Position numbers and translations under genes: made by a program. DNA of 64,000 nt from Patescibacteria group bacterium (lineage in GTDB: Bacteria > Patescibacteriota > Minisyncoccia > Phycocordibacterales > UBA9973), in assembly GCA_040388575.1 (NCBI GenBank), contig JAZKBO010000002.1, forward strand, positions 95,942-159,941, read 5' to 3'. Below are positions 39,648 through 48,201 of the stretch, piece by piece (position 1 is the first letter of the stretch; every line of letters starts with the position of its first letter). The notes under the pieces were generated by a model. The model saw only the letters and a program-made list of their open reading frames with translations, was not told where the DNA came from and made no database searches.

Positions 39648-40628
39648 CTATAGACTGAATTTAGAAATATCGTACAGCTTGGATTCGTCATCCGCGACTT
39701 CGTCTTTACTTCTATCATCTACTGGCGCCTCACCGGCTGCTTCAGTAGTAATTTTTTCGCTAGCAATATGCTTGTTTAAAAGGTCCTCAGGCTTTTTGTC
39801 CCCCATTTCCTTTTTAATCATTTCCAGAATTGAACGAAGGTCATCAGTTGAAAAGAAATCGATTTTAATTTGCCCACCGGACTCTTTGCGTTCGATATGC
39901 ACTCGAGTACCTAATTTGTCCTGGAATTCCTCCTCAAGAGAGGAGATTTCCGGATCAGGGAGGAATTCCTTCTTACGGACACGATCAAATGCAATCTTAC
40001 GAGCTAAACGCTCTGCTTCGCGCACTGTAATCTTCTTATAAACAATTTCTTTAAACAAGACTAGCTGCTCTTCAGGATGGTCAGCAAGCATAAGGATAGG
40101 GCGGGTGTGCCCTTCTGTAATTTTACCCTCCGATAGTCCAGTTAAAATTTCATCTGGCAAACTCAGGATGCGCAGAGTGTTCGATACGTACTCGCGACTG
40201 CGACCCATCTTCTTAGCAACTTCATTGTGGGTAAATTTAAATTCATTTACTAGGCGAAAAAAGGCTCGAGCCCGATCCACAACATTTAGATCCTCGCGCT
40301 GAAGATTTTCAATGATGGCTAGCTCAAGCTTCATCATCGAGGTGTCACCCACGCGAATAATTACTGGCACTTGGGCGACTCCAGCAAGCTTAGCGGCACG
40401 TAACCTGCGCTCGCCAGCAATTAGTTCATACTCAGTAACAAGGCCACCCTCTTCTTTTTCCACCTCCATACGGGAAACTGTAAGTGGCTGCAGCACGCCG
40501 TACTGCTTGATCGATAGTGCTAGATCCTCGAGCCTCGCCTCGTCAAATTCCCTACGGGGTTGGTAGGGATTCGGCTTAATTTTGTCGGTATCAATCCAAA
40601 AAATGGAGTTGGAATAAAGGTTGGACAT
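39648..40628 (-). CDS. parB: ParB/Spo0J partition protein
   Basis: PNPYQPR, GVLQP, IAGERRLRA, ENLQREDL, HTH. Confidence 0.94.
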   Translation of the reverse strand: MSNLYSNSIFWIDTDKIKPNPYQPRREFDEARLEDLALSIKQYGVLQPLTVSRMEVEKEEGGLVTEYELIAGERRLRAAKLAGVAQVPVIIRVGDTSMMKLELAIIENLQREDLNVVDRARAFFRLVNEFKFTHNEVAKKMGRSREYVSNTLRILSLPDEILTGLSEGKITEGHTRPILMLADHPEEQLVLFKEIVYKKITVREAERLARKIAFDRVRKKEFLPDPEISSLEEEFQDKLGTRVHIERKESGGQIKIDFFSTDDLRSILEMIKKEMGDKKPEDLLNKHIASEKITTEAAGEAPVDDRSKDEVADDESKLYDISKFSL

Positions 40629-40691
40629 GACTCAATTGTAATTGATTTTTTATGTAAATTCAAGTAAGATTTATGGCATTGCCCACCGAAC

Positions 40692-40775
40692 GCCCAGGTG
40701 GCGGAATTGGTAGACGCGATAGACTCAAAATCTATTGTTGGCAACAACATGAGAGTTCGATTCTCTCCCTGGGCA
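40692..40775 (+). tRNA. tRNA-Leu(CAA)
   Basis: Acceptor GCCCAGG/CCTGGGC, ATAGA-CTCAAAA-TCTAT, long variable arm, TTCGATT. Confidence 0.95.
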
Positions 40776-40786
40776 CATAAGAATTT

Positions 40787-42115
40787 ATGAATAAGAAAAC
40801 AGAAAAAATAAACAAGTCAATTGATTTTGAAATTAACGGCGGCAAAAAGCTCTCCGGTACTATTCATACTGGATATTCCAAGAACGGCTCTGTGGGCCTT
40901 TTGTGTGCATCGGTACTAAATCGTGGTAAAACAATTCTTCACGGCATCGCCAGGATTGAGGAGGTTTATAGAATAATTGAAATTCTCGAAAGCATCGGAG
41001 CCCAAGTTTCTTGGACGGGCACCAATACCGTAGAAATCATTCCTCCTAAAGAATTTAACGTAAGGAAATTAATCCGTGAATCTGCTGAAAAAACTCGCTC
41101 TATACTTATGTTCATCGGCCCGCTAGCTCACTTTCTGCCTTCATTTTATATTCCCCATGCCGAGGGCTGCCACCTCGGCAAACGCACGATAGCAGCACAT
41201 AGATATGCCTTGCAAGAGCTAGGTGTAGAGATCCAAGTGACAGAAGATAGATATGAAATCAAAACCAAAAAATTCCAACCGGCTAATATTATTATGTATG
41301 AAGCGGGAGACACTGCGGTGGAAAATGTTTTAACAGCAGCTGCGCTTATTCCTGGTAAAACTACCATCAAATTCACCAGTTCTAACTACCAAGTTCAGGA
41401 AATATGCTTTTTCTTAGAAAAGTGTGGAGTTAAGATAGATGGTATCGGTACCTCTACCCTGACAGTGCAGGGAATAAAAAGTATAAATAAAAAAATTGAA
41501 TATTATAATAGCGAGGACCCAATAGAATCTATGGCCTTCATTACTGCAGCCATTGCCACTGACTCAACCCTGAAGGTAGCTGCCTGCCCCATTAGATTTA
41601 TAGAGCTTGAATTATATAAGTTAAAGAAAATGGGTTTGAAGTTTGAGGTTTCAAAAGAATATAAAGCGGAGAATGGTAGGACTATCCTCGCTGATGTGAC
41701 AGTATTTCCATCTAAATTTAAAGCGCTCGACGATAAGATCCACGCCAACCCATATCCAGGAATAAATATGGACAACCTGCCTTATTTTGTGATTCCTGCC
41801 ATAAAGGCGAAAGGCCAAACATTAATTCATGATTGGACATACGAAAACCGTGCCATTTACCTGACTGAGCTCAACCGCATGGGTGCCAACATAACCCTAG
41901 CAGACCCCCATCGATTATATGTAGAAGGAGGAACTAAGCTGCGCCCTGCTCAGATGGTCTGCCCACCGGCCCTGCGCCCGTCTATGGTTATCTTACTTGC
42001 CATGCTTTCTGCACCAGGAATTTCAGTATTGCGTAACGTATATATGATAAATCGCGGCTATGAGGAAATTGTGAAGCGTTTAAATTCTATTGGTGCTGAT
42101 ATTAAAATCCTATAG
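40787..42115 (+). CDS. murA: UDP-N-acetylglucosamine 1-carboxyvinyltransferase
   Basis: SKN, GCHLGKR, PYPG, YENR, RGYE. Confidence 0.93.
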   Translation: MNKKTEKINKSIDFEINGGKKLSGTIHTGYSKNGSVGLLCASVLNRGKTILHGIARIEEVYRIIEILESIGAQVSWTGTNTVEIIPPKEFNVRKLIRESAEKTRSILMFIGPLAHFLPSFYIPHAEGCHLGKRTIAAHRYALQELGVEIQVTEDRYEIKTKKFQPANIIMYEAGDTAVENVLTAAALIPGKTTIKFTSSNYQVQEICFFLEKCGVKIDGIGTSTLTVQGIKSINKKIEYYNSEDPIESMAFITAAIATDSTLKVAACPIRFIELELYKLKKMGLKFEVSKEYKAENGRTILADVTVFPSKFKALDDKIHANPYPGINMDNLPYFVIPAIKAKGQTLIHDWTYENRAIYLTELNRMGANITLADPHRLYVEGGTKLRPAQMVCPPALRPSMVILLAMLSAPGISVLRNVYMINRGYEEIVKRLNSIGADIKIL

Positions 42116-42120
42116 TTTGT

Positions 42121-42978
42121 ATGAAGAAGAATGTTATTGTTATCTTGGGCCAAACTGCCACTGGCAAGAGTAGCCTCGCCGTAAAACTAGCTAAAAAAAT
42201 AAATGGTGAGATAATTTCCGCAGATTCAAGACAAGTATATAAGGGCCTTAATATTGGCACAGGAAAAATAACAAAAAAAGAGATGGGTAGTGTACCTCAC
42301 CATTTACTTGATATTGCTAATCCTAAGCTACAATTTTCAGTTGCCGAATTTAAAGTACAGGCTGAACGCGAATTAGGAGCAACAATCGCACGTGGCCATA
42401 CGCCCATTATCTGCGGTGGCACAGGATTCTACATTGATGCCGTGACAAAATGTCTAGTTTTGCCAGAAGTCCCTCCGAACCAAAAACTACGCAAGGAATT
42501 AAGTAAAAAATCAGCCGGAGATCTACTTAAAATTCTAAGGAAATTTGACAGGTCTAGGGCAAATAGTATTGACCCAAATAATGAAGTCAGGATAATCAGG
42601 GCAATCGAAATAGTTAAAGCCCTTGGCAAAGTCCCAAAGATTTCCACCACGCCTTCAAAATATGAATTTATTAAAATTGGCTTATACCTACCTGAAGATA
42701 AATTAAAGGGTAAGGTAGAAAAAAGGGTGATAAAAATGTTTAAGGATGGATTACTAAGTGAAATAAACAAATTAAAAAAATCAGGGCTAACCAACAAGCG
42801 ACTACAGGAGCTCGGTTTTGAATATTACAATCCAGATGTTGAAGGGGTGATTACAAAAACAATTCAATATGCCAAGCGGCAAATGACTTGGTTTAAACGC
42901 GATAAAGACATTATTTGGATAGACTCTTCGGCCACAACTTCAGCAGGAATGGTAAGAAGGATATTAAAACTATTATAA
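42121..42978 (+). CDS. miaA: tRNA dimethylallyltransferase
   Basis: GQTATGKS, ISADSRQVY, GGTGFY, YAKRQMTWF. Confidence 0.95.
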   Translation: MKKNVIVILGQTATGKSSLAVKLAKKINGEIISADSRQVYKGLNIGTGKITKKEMGSVPHHLLDIANPKLQFSVAEFKVQAERELGATIARGHTPIICGGTGFYIDAVTKCLVLPEVPPNQKLRKELSKKSAGDLLKILRKFDRSRANSIDPNNEVRIIRAIEIVKALGKVPKISTTPSKYEFIKIGLYLPEDKLKGKVEKRVIKMFKDGLLSEINKLKKSGLTNKRLQELGFEYYNPDVEGVITKTIQYAKRQMTWFKRDKDIIWIDSSATTSAGMVRRILKLL

Positions 42979-43504
42979 CTGCAATCCAGGAAATATGGTC
43001 CGCGATTTGTGGAAACACATGTCCTAGGAAGAATCCCAGGAGCGTGATTACTAGGGTCCATATTAGCGACCCTAAAGCATTGAATTTTAAAAAAGTTCGA
43101 TAATTCATGCGTCCTACCCCAGCTACTATGGGTGTAAAGGTCCGGATAATTGGGATAAAGCGACAAAATAATATGGCTACCTTGCCGTACTTTTCGAAGA
43201 AAATGTGTGCTTTGTCAATGTGCTCCTTTTTAAAAATTTTTCTAAAAAATGAAAAGTTGTAGAGTTTGACTAGATACACCCCTACCTCATACCCCGCCAT
43301 AGCTCCAAGGGCTGTGGCAAAGAAAACGACAATCAAAAGATAATAAATATTTAGCCCAATGGTAGCTGCAAAAAGCCCACCAGTAAAAAGGAGTGAATCC
43401 CCTGGTAATGGAAAGAAAATTCCAGATTCAAAAAAAATAATAACAAATATCCCGGCGTAGCCGAAGGTGGTAAGTAAGTATGGAATGTTAAAAAGTTCAA
43501 GCAT
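42911..43504 (-). CDS. dedA: DedA family membrane protein
   Basis: ESG..LPGDSLL, RFIPIIRTF, AG. Confidence 0.92.
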   Translation of the reverse strand: MLELFNIPYLLTTFGYAGIFVIIFFESGIFFPLPGDSLLFTGGLFAATIGLNIYYLLIVVFFATALGAMAGYEVGVYLVKLYNFSFFRKIFKKEHIDKAHIFFEKYGKVAILFCRFIPIIRTFTPIVAGVGRMNYRTFLKFNALGSLIWTLVITLLGFFLGHVFPQIADHISWIAVIIVLISFLPFLLKLWPKSLSK

Positions 43505-44006
43505 TATTATTTACTCGGGAACTTCTTATATCTTTAATAAATTTCTTTGTTTCTGCAATAATTGTTTTTGAAAAGCCTTCCACAATAGCCCCATTTCTGT
43601 CTGTAAACTGCCTAGGTATGATAATACCCTTACTTTTAAGTATTTCTATTACTTTCAAAATTGTAGGGCGATGCTCTGGAGAGCTAATTTTATTTGCGGC
43701 TTCTAGCGCTGTATAGTGATCCATAGGCATTACAGGAAATTCCTGGAAATGTTTTTTTACCCTTTCCTCTACAACGGGAGACAGATATTGAGTAAGTGCA
43801 CTACCATTCCTTGTATATTTTTCATACTGAAAAGAGTCAGGGAGTTCAGCCATGGCCTTGTTTATTACTACTCGCAGAGCATCACTAGTGCATCCTATCT
43901 CCTTTTGAATTTGAGTGAAAAACTTCCATCCTTCCGGTACTTCGGTGAGCATTTCTGCAGATGCAGGCTTTTCAGGTGTATTACCTGGGATCTCTTCTAA
44001 ATTCAT
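43497..44006 (-). CDS. Hypothetical protein
   Basis: 169-aa ORF overlapping the dedA start; no recognisable family. Confidence 0.6.
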   Translation of the reverse strand: MNLEEIPGNTPEKPASAEMLTEVPEGWKFFTQIQKEIGCTSDALRVVINKAMAELPDSFQYEKYTRNGSALTQYLSPVVEERVKKHFQEFPVMPMDHYTALEAANKISSPEHRPTILKVIEILKSKGIIIPRQFTDRNGAIVEGFSKTIIAETKKFIKDIRSSRVNNNA

Positions 44007-44033
44007 ATGTTTGTTTATTATTATATATCCTCT

Positions 44034-44062
44034 TGTAATAAAAACCTCGCTATTTCGGCATA
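44034..44062 (+). promoter_or_regulatory. Putative ECF promoter variant (TGTAAT-N16-CGGCATA)
   Basis: Same -35 and spacer as the other copies, weaker -10; upstream of the YvlD-like gene. Confidence 0.45.
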
Positions 44063-44103
44063 ATCATTGTAACATAAAGATTATAAGTTAATTTAACAAA
44101 AAT

Positions 44104-44451
44104 ATGAAAATTCTAATCCATTGGATCGTTTCAGCTATAGCTATATTAATTGCGGCGTATATCCTCCCTGGTGTTCATGTTAGCGGCATTGTCGCAGCTT
44201 TAATCCTGGCAGTTGTGCTCGGCGTAATTAATGCCTTCATTCGCCCACTTATAATAATGCTGACCTTGCCGGTTACAATTATTACCCTCGGGCTTTTTGT
44301 GTTGGTTATTAACGCTCTACTCATCATGCTCTCTGCGGCTATCGTCCCAGGATTTTCTGTGGACAGCTTCTGGTACGCCTTCCTCTTCGGAATTGTACTT
44401 GCGATTATTATGGCAATCCTGCATTCACTTGAACCTAAAAGTATAAGATAA
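44104..44451 (+). CDS. 4-TM phage holin superfamily IV / YvlD-like membrane protein
   Basis: INAFIRP..LTLP..TLGLF..VINA pattern. Confidence 0.9.
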   Translation: MKILIHWIVSAIAILIAAYILPGVHVSGIVAALILAVVLGVINAFIRPLIIMLTLPVTIITLGLFVLVINALLIMLSAAIVPGFSVDSFWYAFLFGIVLAIIMAILHSLEPKSIR

Positions 44452-44465
44452 ACTATTTTTTTGGG

Positions 44466-44536
44466 CGGGCGATGAGGGAATCGAACCCCCGCTAGCGGTT
44501 TTGGAGACCGATGTACTACCACTATACTAATCGCCC
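44466..44536 (-). tRNA. tRNA-Trp(CCA)
   Basis: Acceptor GGGCGAT/ATCGCCC, TCGGT-CTCCAAA-ACCGC, TTCGATT. Confidence 0.95.
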
Positions 44537-44699
44537 ATGCTCTACTTGCCCAGCCTTGCGGCCAAGCAAGTAGAGCTATAGAGGGGCAAATTAAAAATTA
44601 ATCACCCCTCATTCAAAAGAACATACAGCAAAACACTTTGCCGTAGCCCTACTATAACAGAAATCAAAGAAAACTTAAAGGAAAAACTAAAGAAAATTT

Positions 44700-45080
44700 C
44701 TAGTCCCCAATGGTTCGCTCGATGGTCTTGATGATCATGTCCATATTCTCGGATGCCTTTACGATGTAACCCTTCACTCCTACTTCCATACCCAAGGTTA
44801 CTCCCTCGCTGATATCTTTCATTTTAGAAAGCTGCGAAGAAATTAAGATAGGTATATTATGATGTCCACCTTGTTTTTTAAGTGCTTCTAGGAACTGGAG
44901 TCCTCCCATTTTAGGCATAATTAGATCGAGGGTAATCAAGTCTGGTGGGTTCTTCTCTATTTCCTTTAAGCCATCCTCACCGTTGTCTACATGGCTAACC
45001 GTGTATCTATCCTTAGGTAAAGTATCTTTCAGGATTTTTGCAAACACTTCATCGTCGTCAATAATCAGTATCTTTTTCAT
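44700..45080 (-). CDS. Single-domain response regulator (REC only)
   Basis: ILIIDDD, DLITLDLIMP (phospho-Asp), YIVK. Confidence 0.93.
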   Translation of the reverse strand: MKKILIIDDDEVFAKILKDTLPKDRYTVSHVDNGEDGLKEIEKNPPDLITLDLIMPKMGGLQFLEALKKQGGHHNIPILISSQLSKMKDISEGVTLGMEVGVKGYIVKASENMDMIIKTIERTIGD

Positions 45081-45111
45081 ATTGAATCAGGTTATTAATA
45101 ATCAGTGCTCA

Positions 45112-46890
45112 TTATACCAACGGTAGGGTGAAAAAGAAAGTACTACCCACGCCTATCTTAGAAACAACCCCGATATGGCCATTATGCTCATCTATAACGC
45201 CCTTAGCTATAACCAGACCCAAGCCAGTACCCTTTTGCTTCTTCGGTACAGCATTCTTGGTATCAAGTTGTCGGAACTTACTGAAAATCGCGCCAATATT
45301 CTCTTCTTCAATACCTATGCCCGAATCCGAGACCATCACCACTAAGCACGAGTTCTTATCATCACCGGTAATCTTAGTTGGAAACGGAACTCCAGAATTA
45401 TAGCCGGCAGCCTTAGCTTCCTCTTCCATATTGCCGCCACCTTTATGTAAATAAGTTACTACTTTAACTTCCCCTTTTTCATTGGTATATTTAATAGCGT
45501 TGGAAAGGAGGTTATTGAGGACATGCTCGATACCCTCCTGGTCAAACATAACTTTTTCGGGAATATCTTTAGCGAATGAGGAAGTAAGTGTCACATTGGA
45601 GTCCTTAGCCAGGAAGGAATAGAAGTCTACCCTTTCATTAATGACCTTTGATATATCGCCTTCTTGTTTCTTAATTACAAATTTACCTGATTCAATTTTT
45701 GCAACATCTAAAATATCATTTACCAGCTCCAGCATATTAGATGAGTTCTTGTGGATAAGCTCGATGTATTCATCATGGCCCTTGTTGTCTAGGACAATAG
45801 TTTTATTTTTCAAAACTTCACTGATTTTTTTAATACCATCGAGCGGTGAGCGTAGCTCGTGCACCAACATAGAGGTAAAGTCTTTACGCAATGTCTCCAC
45901 TTCCACCTCGGATGTTACATCGTGCAGGATCACCACCCCACCATGCACTACTTCCTGGCCAAGAATTGTTTGGTTTTTAACAGGAGATACGAAAATTTGA
46001 TAAAATCTTTCTCCGAGTAAAATTCTTTCCGAAACATATTCCTTTTTTAGTTTAACTGACTCCTCGAGGCGCCCACGAATATCAAACTTTCCCCCCAGGT
46101 TATCGATGAAGTCAAATATTGTGACGTCCTTTTTATCCGGCATTTTTATTGCCTTTTTTGCTGCGGGGTTGATAACTAGGATACGATAATCCAGGTCAGT
46201 CATGAAGATACCGTCGGCCATACTCTCCACCATCGCGTTAAGCTTACCTTGCTCTGTCGCCACAACTTCCTGAAGCTTAGTAACAGCTTGGGAAGCTTGG
46301 TTGGTAATCTTATACAATATTGTCATCTGGTCCTCCTTATATAGCCCGACCTGCGTGTCAGCAACCGTGAGGACTCCCACTACCTTACCAGCGATAACTA
46401 GCGGAATGTTGAAGAAGGAGCGCACTGGCTCCTGAACCTCCTCGATAAGAATTGCTCCAGAAATAAGTTCCTCAACTTGCTCCTTGGTAAATTCTTTATC
46501 CAAGAGCGCCGAGAGTGACTTGAGCATTCTGTCTCTAACTTCATCTAGGAATCCACGATGTACCGAGCGCTCGAGGTGAACCTTGAATAGAACCTTCTCC
46601 GGCTCGATAAGCATGTATGACACCGCAGAATAGGCTATAAATTGATGCAGTGATCCGGTAATAACGTCAATAATCTGGTGAATATCCAGCGAGTAGCCGA
46701 CTCTATCACCGAGCTCCTTTAAGATCGCAAGCTCGTACATCTTACTATCCGTCTCCTTCTCCTTGTCTACGATACTGGCAGCTTTGTCAGAAATGTTTTT
46801 ACTTAATTCCCGACTGCGCAAGAAAAAAAGCACCGCCACGAATAATGAGGCAACCGAAATTATTAGAGATAGTATTAATGATGTACTCAT
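45112..46890 (-). CDS. Sensor histidine kinase (1 TM, GAF, PAS, HisKA, HATPase)
   Basis: HELRSPL, NLLSNAIKY, DSGIG, GTGLGL; GAF IPLVIAGKVVGVL; PAS VESMADGI. Confidence 0.94.
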   Translation of the reverse strand: MSTSLILSLIISVASLFVAVLFFLRSRELSKNISDKAASIVDKEKETDSKMYELAILKELGDRVGYSLDIHQIIDVITGSLHQFIAYSAVSYMLIEPEKVLFKVHLERSVHRGFLDEVRDRMLKSLSALLDKEFTKEQVEELISGAILIEEVQEPVRSFFNIPLVIAGKVVGVLTVADTQVGLYKEDQMTILYKITNQASQAVTKLQEVVATEQGKLNAMVESMADGIFMTDLDYRILVINPAAKKAIKMPDKKDVTIFDFIDNLGGKFDIRGRLEESVKLKKEYVSERILLGERFYQIFVSPVKNQTILGQEVVHGGVVILHDVTSEVEVETLRKDFTSMLVHELRSPLDGIKKISEVLKNKTIVLDNKGHDEYIELIHKNSSNMLELVNDILDVAKIESGKFVIKKQEGDISKVINERVDFYSFLAKDSNVTLTSSFAKDIPEKVMFDQEGIEHVLNNLLSNAIKYTNEKGEVKVVTYLHKGGGNMEEEAKAAGYNSGVPFPTKITGDDKNSCLVVMVSDSGIGIEEENIGAIFSKFRQLDTKNAVPKKQKGTGLGLVIAKGVIDEHNGHIGVVSKIGVGSTFFFTLPLV

Positions 46891-46911
46891 AGCGCACTAA
46901 CCACAGTGCTG

Positions 46912-47637
46912 CTATGCTTTTGCGAAAGCTTTCAAGCGCAATGCAGCAAAAATAACACAAATTGCAGCAATAGTTAGGAATATCTTTTCGACACCCTCAC
47001 CCACTTGTGGGGTAACAATTATAACTTTCCAACTTTCATTTAATAGTTCCCAAAGGTGTTGAAGTGCAACTGCCCAAACTGCAATGATCATTGGGCTAGC
47101 AATAGCGCGGCCAATTTGACCTAGGAAAATTTTAGCACTAAATACGTACGCACCTACAATACCAGCAAAGATGAAAGCTATGAAGTGATGTAGCCCAAGC
47201 TCACCAAGGCGAGAGGAAGTATACATATTTACCCAAGATTCCGCGTAATTTGGGATTATAAAAATAATTACAAGTAGAACTGCGGAAATTATACCCCATG
47301 TCTTGCCAGCATTGGCAGCAACTGGAGTGCTAGCATCGGCACTTGCGAGACCGGCTAACTTCTTGAATCCAATATAGTACGAAAACATCGCCATATAGAA
47401 CATAAGGTGCCACCAAATGTCAGGAGATTCATCTGAAATACTATAGACACCAGATGCAGCCATCTTCTGGAAAATTGTAATGAAGAAGAAGGTTCCGGTA
47501 CCGATGAACAAATAAGTAAGGACAGTTTTTAAGCCTGACTGGGAGGACTTGCGCATTGCATTGAACGTGACCAAGCTAGCAATAAGAAAACCAATTGAGG
47601 ATACGTAATAACCAAGACTAATTAATGTGTCTGTCAT
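46912..47637 (-). CDS. Stand-alone 7-TM membrane protein, His/Glu-rich
   Basis: Seven hydrophobic segments; WWH, LHH and QHLWE motifs. Confidence 0.8.
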   Translation of the reverse strand: MTDTLISLGYYVSSIGFLIASLVTFNAMRKSSQSGLKTVLTYLFIGTGTFFFITIFQKMAASGVYSISDESPDIWWHLMFYMAMFSYYIGFKKLAGLASADASTPVAANAGKTWGIISAVLLVIIFIIPNYAESWVNMYTSSRLGELGLHHFIAFIFAGIVGAYVFSAKIFLGQIGRAIASPMIIAVWAVALQHLWELLNESWKVIIVTPQVGEGVEKIFLTIAAICVIFAALRLKAFAKA

Positions 47638-47645
47638 AGAATTAT

Positions 47646-47918
47646 TTATTGATTAATGTTTATATTAGGATACTTAGCAAAAATTGAACCGAGAGCGTTT
47701 TTAACAATTTGACCAGAGAGCTCAACATATTGATCGACCAAACTTTGCAATGTTTCCTTTGGATTTGGGCCAACACCAGTGACCTTGCCGTCATTGTCTA
47801 CCATAAGGCCCTGAACACTGCGTGCCTTAAGGACAGCAATCTCCGGTCCAAGAATAATCGACTGCTTCTTAATGATTTCACTAATAAGAGCACCGTACTG
47901 TTCATTATCTTCAGCCAT
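47646..47918 (-). CDS. Small soluble hypothetical protein, first gene of signalling operon
   Basis: 90 aa; TGn-TATAAT promoter at 47972-47980; 8 nt gap to the 7TM gene. Confidence 0.8.
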   Translation of the reverse strand: MAEDNEQYGALISEIIKKQSIILGPEIAVLKARSVQGLMVDNDGKVTGVGPNPKETLQSLVDQYVELSGQIVKNALGSIFAKYPNININQ

Positions 47919-47987
47919 AAATATATATTCATTAATCCCAATACAAATCTGGGACTTCTATTAATGGATATATTATAGCAACAAAGG

Positions 47988-48009
47988 AAAAGCCCCGCTA
48001 GCGCGGGGC
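47988..48009 (-). terminator. rpmG terminator
   Basis: GCCCCGC/GCGGGGC stem followed by TTTT on the minus strand. Confidence 0.75.
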
Positions 48010-48023
48010 CTGTAAAATGTGGA

Positions 48024-48188
48024 TTACCCAGTCATTTTAGCTTCCTTGTGCTTGGTCTTCTTCTTGCACCACTTGCAATACTTTAAAAGCTCGATCTTTT
48101 TAGTGACGAGTTTCTTGTTTTTACTTGTGTAATAGTTGGCGTGCTTGCAGACGCTGCATTTAAGCCTTAAAAGTCTATCTTGTGACAT
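48024..48188 (-). CDS. rpmG: 50S ribosomal protein L33 (zinc-binding form)
   Basis: Hand translation MSQDRLLRLKCSVCKHANYYTSKNKK...KYCKWCKKKTKHKE; below the ORF-track cutoff. Confidence 0.95.
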   Translation of the reverse strand: MSQDRLLRLKCSVCKHANYYTSKNKKLVTKKIELLKYCKWCKKKTKHKEAKMTG

Positions 48189-48201
48189 GGACTAGATACT
48201 A

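Noticed and set aside
44175-44522. 115-aa minus-strand ORF (also 40520-40750)
   Set aside because: They overlap tRNA-Trp or tRNA-Leu and real genes.
44104-44536. Prophage remnant (holin next to a tRNA)
   Set aside because: YvlD-like 4-TM proteins are ordinary chromosomal genes; no integrase, att duplication or phage structural genes were seen.
44466-44536. Alternative genetic code (UGA recoding)
   Set aside because: TGA serves as a normal stop (e.g. purC, purL, alr), core genes are intact in code 11, and the tRNA-Trp anticodon is CCA.
46912-47637. 7TM protein as a microbial rhodopsin (ExxxK near TM7)
   Set aside because: The Lys lies at the outer start of TM7 rather than mid-helix, and TM3 lacks the RYxxW-type motif.
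7291-48009. AAAAGCCCC..GGGGC palindromes as a REP/MITE family
   Set aside because: They are short, have variable loops and always follow stop codons, so they fit ordinary intrinsic terminators.
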